A stretch of DNA of 64,000 bases from an uncultured Acidobacteriota bacterium. Lineage in GTDB: Bacteria; Acidobacteriota; Blastocatellia; RBC074. Position 1 is the first letter of the stretch. Every line of letters begins with the position of its first letter. Both the position numbers and the translations under genes were made by a program. Below the pieces are notes generated by a model that ran no database searches, was not told where the DNA came from, and saw only the letters and a program-made list of their open reading frames with translations. Of this stretch, positions 19,861-28,757 are shown piece by piece. The stretch spans positions 25,821-89,820 of the forward strand of contig CAVUOF010000001.1 of NCBI GenBank assembly GCA_963743045.1. Direction: 5' to 3'.

Positions 19861-20928
19861 GAGGCGTTCCTCCTGACATTGAAACGTGTTTGATAACCGT
19901 TCCTCAGCGTGAAGCTGTGAACGGTGCCGGTGACGTAATACAAACCGCTGAAACGTTCGTCTAGCCCGTCCAACTTGATCACTTTGCCCGCGCGCAGGTC
20001 CGTTCGCCCGTAGCAAAGGCCTTCACCCACGATCAGGCGCAGCGCCGCTTCGTTGAGCGCCGCCCTGGCAACTGCATCGGCTTCCGCCTGAGTGGTCAGG
20101 GACGAAAAATCGATCTTCTCCGACGCCGCGCCGAAGGCTTTGCTGGCGATGGCGCCGCCGCTCTGCTTTCCGCCCATTTTTGATACCTCGTCTCCTACCC
20201 TGGACGTTCCGACAAACACCTTCTTGTCTTTCACGTTCCAGCCCAGCGCCGACACTTCGTCAACCTGCAGCGCCGAGGTGAGGCGCGGACGAAATTCCAG
20301 CAGGTCGTTATTGAACGTCAGCGTCAAGGCCTCGGTGCCAGTCGTTGGCGACCGGGCGGAAGAGCACCTTTTTGTCAGCGACCAGGATTTCATATCCGAT
20401 GCGCTGCGCGCGCACCCGCAGAAATTCCCAGTCAGTCTGATTGTGCTGATAGACGTGCTCGTACGTCACACGACTGTCGGTCGCCTCCGCCGTCAGTCCG
20501 GCGTCCTGAACGATCTTTGAAACGATGTCGCTGTCTTTCTGCTTGACGAAAGTCCGCGACTTGCGCCCGCGCATCAACCGGTGAAGGCGGTCGAAACCGC
20601 GCACCGTCAGGCTCGGCACCCCGTTGGCGCTGTAGTGTGGCTCCAGGCCGGTGATCTCGCCGGCGAACAATCTCTCCAGTCTGCCCCCGTAACCGAGTTT
20701 GATCTCGATGGCATGGCCGATGTCGAAACGCGCATCGTCAACCCACGGCAGTCGCTTTCCGAGTGTGTCGGCACCCGACAGCTCGATCGTCACCATGCCA
20801 GGTACGTGAACGGCCTCATCCACGACGATGGACGTGACATATGCCAGTTCGGCAGCCTTGAGCGGCGACCCGTTGATGATCACGGCGAAGAGCGGGACCA
20901 GTGGTTGACTGAATTCGGCTTTCGGCAT
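19857..20928 (-). CDS. gp27-like baseplate hub (Phage_GPD; the N-terminal half of VgrG/Afp8), with one frameshift near 20350.
   Basis: ORFs 20308..20928 and 19857..20393 overlap. Motifs include FAVIINGSPLK...LPWVDDARF...RIGYEILV and LYYVTGTVHSF. Confidence 0.6.
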
Positions 20929-20937
20929 TTCGCCTCG

Positions 20938-21606
20938 TCACAATTGCGGAATAGTCAGACGCCGCCCTATCTCCAGGCGGCGCGGATCGTCCAGCCCGTT
21001 CGCTTCAGCGATCAGGCGCCAGAGCGCCGGGTCGCGGTAGACCTCGGCGGCAATATTGGTAAGCGTATCTCCGCGTTTGACAAGGCGGGTGGTTAGTTCA
21101 GGATCGGTCTCGCGAAGGTTTACCTGCGGGTCCAGAAATTCGACCACGGTAAGGTTGAGAGTGGCTCGCAGCGCCTCACCCGTGTTCTTAAAGAGGGTAA
21201 AACGTTGAGTCAGATTGCTGATCACTCCTACGAAGGGGAAGTCAGCCCTCGTCGCGTTGCCCCATTCCACCTTGATTGTCGGCGGGCGCCTCGGCTCCAG
21301 ATCTCGGTTGATGCGCGTCAGCTTGACGATCTTGTCGGTCTCCTCTCGAACGTCCTTCTGTCGATTCGTCGGCTCGGTGATATCGAAGAATAGTTCGAGG
21401 GTGAGCTGGCGGCTTTCGCCGCCGCCGAAGTTCAGTGGTGGAGCATCGGTCAGTGGGGTGGGGCTCGTGTTGCCCGTCATACTGGCCTGTGGCGCGCTCC
21501 ATTTGACGGTCTTCGAAATGGAATAGGAATTGGGGTTGAAGAGCACGGTAATCTTCTCCAACGGCTTCCCCTCCTTGGATAATGGTGTGATTGTAAGCTT
21601 CGCCAT
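20938..21606 (-). CDS. Afp7/Pvc7-like tube initiator (tube-fold N-domain) with a C-terminal LysM domain.
   Basis: The C-terminus VKRGDTLTNIAAEVYRDPALWRLIAEANGLDDPRRLEIGRRLTIP is a LysM motif. The N-terminal half is tube-like. Confidence 0.65.
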   Translation of the reverse strand: MAKLTITPLSKEGKPLEKITVLFNPNSYSISKTVKWSAPQASMTGNTSPTPLTDAPPLNFGGGESRQLTLELFFDITEPTNRQKDVREETDKIVKLTRINRDLEPRRPPTIKVEWGNATRADFPFVGVISNLTQRFTLFKNTGEALRATLNLTVVEFLDPQVNLRETDPELTTRLVKRGDTLTNIAAEVYRDPALWRLIAEANGLDDPRRLEIGRRLTIPQL

Positions 21607-21687
21607 TACTTCATCCCCCTTCGCTCGCGCTCGACCTCGAGCGTACGCGAGAGTATGCGGCTCACTTGTTCAGCAAGCTGCGCGACA

Positions 21688-22925
21688 TCAATCGGGCGCC
21701 GCCAATTCGGAGGGCACCTCTGGCGCGAGGCTTGTCAGTGAGCCTTCAATGCCAATCGCGCGGGCCAGTGTCGGAACGCCGGCAGGTGTCGAATTTATCT
21801 TCAATGGCAAAGACGTTACCGGGGAACCTACCGGTGCAGGCGCCATGCCGCCACTGGCCAACGGGCCGGCCGCGCTCTTTCGCCAGATCATATGCGGCGG
21901 TGCGTCCGACGCCGGCGGCGGAATCTCCGGTGTGACAGCTAGCGGCTGAGGCTCTGCTGCGCGGGCGATTTTCCCGGCTATCGGTTGATCGGTACCCTCT
22001 TCACCGCCGTGCTGACGCTGCAGTGTTGGCAGCTCCAATGTCAGCGGCGAGACAACCCCGCCAGTCGCCTTTTGCTTTTCAGCGGCCGGCTCAATCACTT
22101 GCCCCTCAATTCCTCCAGCGCGAGCAGGCAAACTTGCGCCTGCCGTGACGGCGGGCTTCCGCCAGATCTGCGCATCAGAAATGTTGATTCCGGGTTGGCT
22201 CAGTTCGCGACTTCGGGCCAACATTGGTTGACCTGCGCTCACTCTCACATCCGCGTTTGCTCCAGTTGGATGCGAATCAGATCGTCTGCTCACGGACTGC
22301 TCCGATGGTGCCTGTGACGGACTCTCCGTCACGCCTCCTGGATATTTGGCGGTAGTACCGACCGGGTCTCCTCTGCGACGTGGCAGGATCAGCGGCTGCG
22401 CTCGCGAAGCGTCCGTCGAAATTGCGATCTCGCTGGGTTGGGCCGCCTGATCGACTTGATCGACGGTCTGGGCCAGGCGAGGGCGTTCCACGCCGCCACT
22501 GTTGCCAGGGACATCGGATGGACTCGCGGGATCGGTGGCGCGCGACAACGTCGGGGGACGACGGCTGATGCGCACTTTGGAACCGGCGGCACTCTCTTTT
22601 GTCGTATCGGGTGGCTCGAGGGCGAGCGCGCAGCCATCGCCTGAGGAATAGCGCCACCGCCCTCCCTCAGCGGCATCGCGGGCGTAGTCAAGACCATCTC
22701 GCCGCTTGCATGTGCCGCCGGCTCATCGCCTCCGTAACGTGTGCGCCAATGATCAAGCAGGGCGAATCGCCGGGCGACCCAACCGGCTGTTCGCGCGTGA
22801 ATCTGCTGCGGCTGTCGCACGTCAATCAGACCGATCGGCTCGTCACGCCGCCTGAGCAGGCGTTCAGCCAGAGGATGCGTCGGTTGTTCAGATTCGAACC
22901 GCGTCAGGTTGTATTGGCGAATCAC
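21688..22925 (-). CDS. Hypothetical eCIS protein made of two overlapping ORFs that are probably joined by a frameshift. The C-terminal half is P/A/S-rich. Candidate tape-measure or Afp6-position protein.
   Basis: ORFs 22389..22925 and 21688..22575. It is the only coherent minus-strand reading between tube 2 and the Afp7-like gene. Composition is low-complexity, so the call is tentative. Confidence 0.3.
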
Positions 22926-22955
22926 TCATGCCGGCATTTCGGCGTTTTGGTTGTC

Positions 22956-23437
22956 ATCAGAGCCCGAGCGCGCCGGCCAACTCAGCACCAATGCCCGCGA
23001 CGATATTGCTGAGGCTGGGACGGCTCAGGCCGCGATGCGCCAACTCGATGCTTTCGAACGCGACCTCGGTGGAAACGGCGCGCAAATCCGGCCCGGTCCA
23101 CTTCACCGGGAAAGCCTCCTTGAAATCCCACCACATTACCGGGATGCGGCGTCTATCGAGCAGGTAGATGGTGCCGTTCTGGCGCTTGATTGTTCCCTTG
23201 CACGACCTGCTGATGCCAACTCCAGAGGCCGTCGATCTGGGTCAGCCCGTGCTTGAGCATAAGTGGCGGATATTTGGTCGGCCCGGCGAAACGGTGGATG
23301 AAATCGTTCTGCCCGCCTTCGCGGTAGTCAAAGTACTCGGTCTCCACCTGCAGCCCGGTGCATTCCGAGAAGCTGCCCGCAAAAATGCCTTCGATCTCCA
23401 CGTGAAAGTTGAAGGCCTGATACGGATCGATCCGCAC
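22956..23437 (-). CDS. Tail tube protein (Afp1/Afp5-like), one frameshift near 23205.
   Basis: MRIDPYQAFNFHVEIEG...KYPPLMLKHGLT followed, in the -1 frame, by IKRQNGTIYLLDRRRIPVMWWDFKEAFPVKWTGPDLRAVSTEVAFESIELAHRGL. Confidence 0.7.
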
Positions 23438-23565
23438 ACCCAGCAGATTGGCGACCTGACGAAGGCGGCATTGAGTCCGAAATTAGCCATATCGTTCTCT
23501 CCTCCGGTATGAGTTCCCGCACTTCCGCCTCGCCGCGCGGGCAAGATGGCTGCGCAGAAGAGCTC

Positions 23566-24099
23566 TCAGAAGGCTGACTCTTTCATCTGTTCGTTGAAAC
23601 GCTGGTTGATCTTGGCGATCTCGGCGACCCAGCGCTGGCGCTCGCGTGTTCCAGCGCCAGGATTTCCTCGTGCGGCCAGTGAAAGTGATACGCAATGTAC
23701 GCTACCTCCTCATAGAGCCGCTCTAAGGGGTAGCGCCAGATTCCCCCAGGCCGTTCAGCTCCAGTTCGAATTGCTGCTGGCAATGTGGGCATTGCGCCCG
23801 CACCAGATTGTGGCCGTGCCGTTGATGCGCCTGTACAGGTCCTGCAGGTAGGCCAGATCGGCAGCGAACAGCCCTTCGATGACTTTCGGATTGATCTGCT
23901 CCAGCGTGCCCAGCCGCGTGATCACGCGCGACAACAGGATGATCAGCAGGTATGCCGGATTGTTGTGCACGCGCGGGTCTTTGAGTGGCGCGATCTCGTC
24001 GAAGGCCGTCGCCAGCCGCATGACGCCGTCCCTGTGGAGGTTGCCCTCGGCGTCCAGGTAGCCCAGCGGCAGAGTGAAGGGAAATTCAGTTTGCAGCAT
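23566..24099 (-). CDS. Conserved hypothetical eCIS protein (~178 aa) reconstructed across three frameshifts.
   Basis: MLQTEFPFTLPLGYLDAEGNLHRDG...LQDLYRRING | HNLVRAQCPHCQQQFELELNGLGESG | IWRYPLERLYEEVAYIAYHFHWPHEEILALEH | ERQRWVAEIAKINQRFNEQMKESAF*. The text is coherent only after frame-stitching. Confidence 0.35.
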
Positions 24100-24111
24100 A
24101 TGGCCTCGTAC

Positions 24112-24544
24112 CTAGGCTTTCTTCACCTCTTCGTGCGTGATCTCCAGCGTCTCGACGGCAACCGCGGTGCTGGTGGCGTTAAACGCCGGGCCAGTCCATT
24201 TCGACGGCCAGGCATTGGCGAAGTTCCAGCGCAGTCTTCTCGATGCCCGTTTCGTCGCGCAGCATGATCGAGCCGTTCTTGCGCTGCGGTTTTCCGTCGA
24301 TCACCGTCTTCCGCCACTTCCACAGCTCGTCGGAATCGGTGATGCCGCGCTTGAGCGTGATCGGCGAATATTTGTTCAGGCCAGTCAGCTTGCGCACGTG
24401 ATTCGGATCGGTGCCTTCGCGGTAGTCTACCGGGTCCGTGCTCGCGTCAAGCCCGCTGACTTCCTGAAAGCCGGCCTGCGTGATGCCGTCAATCTCCACC
24501 AGAAAATTGAACCCACGATAGGGATCAACTCGTCCAACAGCCAT
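24112..24544 (-). CDS. Tail tube protein (Afp1/Afp5-like), one frameshift near 24215.
   Basis: MAVGRVDPYRGFNFLVEIDG...GSIMLRDETGIEKTA followed, in an alternative frame, by WNFANAWPSKWTGPAFNATSTAVAVETLEITHEEVKKA*. Confidence 0.7.
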
Positions 24545-24695
24545 GTTTCCTCCTTGGAGAATGTACCGACCATAGATCGCGAAGAAGAATTCGATTCTTC
24601 ATTTTGAGATTTGTCCGGGCAATGACCTGTCTCAAGTCTCAACGGAGAATGCCCTTCCTCCCCAGGAAAAGTTTCGCCGATCGTTGACCTGCGGT

Positions 24696-25890
24696 TCAGG
24701 TGACATCCGCGGCGCCGGCCCGATGCGTAATGCGGACGACAATGAATTCCGCCGGGCTCCCCGGCGCCAGCCCGATTTCGGTAACGATTTCGCCTTGGCT
24801 CGCGCTGCTCCGGCGGATTCGTTTCAGCATCGCATTTGACGTAGAAAGCCTGGTCCGGCTGCAGGCCTGCGAGTGCGCCGTCGCGCCACAGCTTCGTCAG
24901 ATAGACGGTCAGCTCGCGCTGTATGCGCGTCCATAAAAGCGGCTCGTTTGGCTCGAACGTCGCCCAGGTCATGTTTTGCTCAATCCAGCGTCGCAGTGTC
25001 AGGAACAACCGGCGCACGTTGACGTAACGCCACTCCGGTTCGCGGCTCAGGGTTCGCGCGCCCCACACGCGAATGCCCCGGCCCTTGAAGGCGCGCAGGC
25101 AATTGACACCCTCGGGATTGAGTTGATCCTGCACCTGATTGTCGACGGGACAGCCGTCTCTATCTGGCCGTCGCTCACGCCCAGATCCAGCGCGCCGAAT
25201 ATTTCTTCATTCGCCGGCGCCTTGAAGACACCGGCCCGAGCATCAGAGCGCGCGTAGATGCCGGCCACGTGACCGCACGGCGGCAAGTACCGCAGCCCCC
25301 CGGCGGTCTTGAGCCATGGGTAATAGAGCGCGCCGTTGACCGGCTCGGCCAGACCCGTGGTCAATTGGTTTCGGTATCGCAGAATGCCGTTTACGTCGGA
25401 ATCCGGCGGTGCGTCGAGAATCGCGAACCGTGTGCCCAGCCGCGCACACTGCTGCAACATTGCCTGCTGCACACGCCTGACGGCGGCGGCATTCAGCGCG
25501 CCGTCCAGGGACAGGCGCAACATCATCGTATCCGGCGCGGCGAGCAGATCCACATCTTCAATCGGCGCCAGGCACTCGAGCGTCGTCAATAGCGCGTCTT
25601 CGCGCCCGAACTCATCGGTATCCGCGGCGCGCGCCACATAGCAGCGCCCGCCGCCGTTGTCGAAGAATCCTGCAACCGCCTCGGCCAGAAAGCCGAAGCC
25701 AGCCGAGGTTGGGCGTAAACCTGACGGCGAACTCCTCCTTGCGATGCAGGACGACCGGTTGATTCGGTGGCGTCGGCGAGGAATCGTCGGCCAGCCCGAC
25801 GAATCCCGGCACGCCTGTAACCAGCCCGGCCGCAGGTCTCTCGAAGACGTCCTGGCGATAGACGCCAGGACTTCGATATCGCGTCGTCAT
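24696..25890 (-). CDS. Tail sheath protein, copy 2, with at least three frameshifts.
   Basis: MTTRYRSPGVYRQDVFERP (frame a), then ...GHVAGIYARSDARAGVFKAPANE (frame b), then ...RVWGARTLSREPEWRYVNVRRLFLTL...FYVKCDAETNPPEQ (frame c), then GEIVTEIGLAPGSPAEFIVVRITHRAGAADVT* (frame a). This parallels sheath copy 1. Confidence 0.65.
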
Positions 25891-25915
25891 GTGATCGCCC
25901 CGACTCAACTCGCGC

Positions 25916-27182
25916 CTACTTGCCCGGCGCCGAGAATTGGCTGATACGGAAGATGACGAACTCCGCCGGCCGCACGATCGCCACGCCGATCTCGGTCACT
26001 ACTTGTCCCAAATCGCGCAGCTCCGGCGGATTTGTTTCGGCGTCGCACTTGACGTAGAAGGCCTCCTGCTGCGTGGTGCCGAAGAGCGCTCCGGCGCGCC
26101 AGACGTTCGTCAGGAACGCCGTGATGTTCCGCGTGAGCTTCTGCCACAGCGCCGGCGTGTTTGGCTCAAAGACCACCCACTGCGTCCCTTCGTCGATGGA
26201 TTCTCGCAGAAAGAGCAGCGTGCGGCGGACGTTGATGTACTTCAGATCGGCGTTGGCGTCGCCGCCAATCGTGCGCGCGCCCCAGACGAGAATGTTGTCG
26301 TTAAGCGAGCGGATGCAATTGACGCCCTTCGGATTGAGCCCGTCCTGATCGGCCCTGCTGATCTGCTGCGAGACGGCGAGCGCACCGAGCACCGGCTCGT
26401 TCGCCGGGGCTTTGTGGACTCCGCGCTGCGTGTCCACGCGGGCGTAAATGCCGGCGATGTGCCCGCTCGGCGGGACATCGAGCAGGCCGTCATCGTTGCG
26501 GCGTTTGCAGGCTGGTCGCCGGATCAAAGACCTTGATCCACGGAAAATACCAGGCGGCGAGATCGGTGCGTTTGGGCGCCGTGCCGGGCGTGGTGTCGGC
26601 AGGAGTGCGTGTCAGGTCTGTCAGATCACTCTCCGTTTCGGGGCCGTCGAGGATGGCGAAACGGTCAGCGGTATTGGAGCAGTGCGCCACCAGTTTGTCG
26701 CGCACGGTGTCGGAAGTCATCCCCGGCGCGGCCACCAGTGCAACCTCGTCGATCGCGGCCAGCGCATGGAGCGCAGCGTCGAGGTCGCCCGCGGCCTTGA
26801 TTCGCACAACGAAACAACGAGTGCCGCCGTTATTGAAAAATCCGTAAACGGCGTGCGCCAGCTTCCTGTGCCCATCGTCAATGGCCGGATTCTGCCCCGC
26901 CGTTTTGGGCGCGGCGCTGTCGCCAATCAGGTCGCCAAAATACTTTGTGAACTGAGTCCAGTTGGTGATCAGCCTGGGTATCAGGTCGGCGGTTGGTAGC
27001 GCGAACTCGACGAATTTCGTGGTCGGCTGACCCGTCGCGTCCGGATCGCCTTTTGCCACCTGGTTGATCTTATCCGGCACGACGCCAATGAACGCGGCGG
27101 TGCTGGTGCCGACACCGGCGATCGGTTTGATGGCCGACGGCACTTCTTCGACGTAAACACCCGGAGAAAAGTACTGTGGCAT
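25916..27182 (-). CDS. Tail sheath protein, copy 1, one frameshift near 26500.
   Basis: MPQYFSPGVYVEEVPS...RFAILDGPE... then GHIAGIYARVDTQRGVHKAPANE...VWGARTIGG...FYVKCDAETNPPELRDLGQVVTEIGVAIVRPAEFVIFRISQ. Confidence 0.7.
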
Positions 27183-27320
27183 AACAGGCTCCTTTATTAG
27201 GTTTGAGGGTTGATGCTCCAGGCGGGGCTTTTCCCTTCAGCGCCCGCTTGCACGACTCTTGCTAATACCGGTTGTAAGTGTCTTCCGATTGCACTCAAGA
27301 CTCTTTGCGGCCACCTCGCG

Positions 27321-27941
27321 CTAAGGCGACCTGGTCAGCGCCACGTCCAGCGTTTGCGCAGCGCCAGGCTGATTGAGCGTGACGGTTTGCGTGGCCGGCT
27401 GGAACCCCTGGGCCGACACCAACACGGTGCGCACTCCTGCCTCCACGCCCGTCAGCAGGTACTGTCCCTGCGCATCGCTGAATGAGCGTTCGCCGCTGCC
27501 CTTCACTCGCACCTCCGCCATGTGCAAAGGGCCGGCCCCCTGGCCAGTGATCCGTCCTTTGATTGTCGTCGGGGGCAGCGCGATCTGAGCAACACCGCGC
27601 TTGATCTTGCCTTGCCCGTCGCGCGCCACCGTGACTGTTGCGTCGGCAGCGCCGTAGCGGCTGCCCGCGCCCGGCAGCGAAGCCGTCAGCTTGTATTGCC
27701 CATCGGGCAGATCGAGCAAACGGAAGGAGCCATCCGCAATCGAGTTTGTCCGATCGGGCCGCTCGGCCATCCTTTCCCAACTCTCTCCGAATTGAATCTG
27801 GCGTAGTTTCAGGAAGTCCGTGAACGCCGCGGGCGCCGCTGTGATCCCGAGGCGCGCCCCGTCCAGGCTCTTGCCCGTTTGCGCATCGGTGACTTGCCCG
27901 GCGATGGCTACTTGATGGCGAATGGCTTCAATGCTGTCCAT
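27321..27941 (-). CDS. Carboxypeptidase-regulatory-like (CarbopepD_reg_2) beta-sandwich domain protein inside the eCIS operon.
   Basis: IAGQVTDAQTGKSLDGARL... and a second repeat GRITGQGAGPLHMAEVRV...GQYLLTGVEAG. The domain otherwise forms the N-terminus of the TonB receptors in this window. Confidence 0.45.
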   Translation of the reverse strand: MDSIEAIRHQVAIAGQVTDAQTGKSLDGARLGITAAPAAFTDFLKLRQIQFGESWERMAERPDRTNSIADGSFRLLDLPDGQYKLTASLPGAGSRYGAADATVTVARDGQGKIKRGVAQIALPPTTIKGRITGQGAGPLHMAEVRVKGSGERSFSDAQGQYLLTGVEAGVRTVLVSAQGFQPATQTVTLNQPGAAQTLDVALTRSP

Positions 27942-27953
27942 GCTCGCTCGCTT

Positions 27954-28544
27954 TCAACCGCCGCGCTTGATTCCGACGCCGAAGTCGGTAACGGCCGGCC
28001 CGAGGTCTTCCGGCCTCGACGGTTCGACTCCGATGGTCACCGTGTAGTTCAGTGCCGCCTTCGGCTTGCCGCCCAACGCCTGCCAGAACTCGCCCAGGCT
28101 CTGCAACCTCCCCGGCAGCAGCGTGACCGCCGGCAAAGGCGGCTCCTGGCCCGCAAGGCTCCCCTGCAACACCGCCGCCGGAATCACGGCATGGCGCAGC
28201 AGGACCATCATCACTTCGCCGAGCAGCATGTGCTCATCCTTGGCCGGGTTGGGCGATGTCTCACTCGCCCAGGCCGTGATCAGGTAGGAACAGTCCACCC
28301 GTACCGGGGCGCTCCGCTGGATCACGGTCCCGTTACTCTGACGCTCGACGATCCACTCGTTGCTGCGCAGCTCCCGGTTCTCGCGCACGTCGTAGAGAAA
28401 CATGTCGACCGCCGGCAGGGTGACCGACTGCGGCGGAAACTTGTCATCGGGCGCAGCGAAGCTGATTGAAATCTGCCCGACCAGTGCTGACGGCAGTTCG
28501 CGCTTGAGTAACAGTTCCAGAGTGCTGTCGAGGTCGTTGATCAC
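27954..28544 (-). CDS. eCIS tail terminator / cap protein (Afp16/Pvc16-like, DUF4255).
   Basis: MINDLDSTLELLLKRELPSALVGQISISFAAPDD...LYDVREN matches the DUF4255 N-terminal signature. The start is GTG. Confidence 0.6.
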   Translation of the reverse strand: MINDLDSTLELLLKRELPSALVGQISISFAAPDDKFPPQSVTLPAVDMFLYDVRENRELRSNEWIVERQSNGTVIQRSAPVRVDCSYLITAWASETSPNPAKDEHMLLGEVMMVLLRHAVIPAAVLQGSLAGQEPPLPAVTLLPGRLQSLGEFWQALGGKPKAALNYTVTIGVEPSRPEDLGPAVTDFGVGIKRGG

Positions 28545-28757
28545 GCTGTCTACTCTCTAAGTCACTTAATATCCGGGGGCTCGTCCGGAGCCAGGCTGAC
28601 GGCCACCCGCGGGTTAACCGGAATGCTGGGCCCATCCTCCAAAATGCCGCCCGGGCGAGGAATTAAGTACCTTGCCGATGATTCAATTCGGACCGGCACG
28701 TGTTGTTCGGCTCGGACGACTGCCTCTGCAATGTCACGTTCTTGTTGGGTGGTGTAT

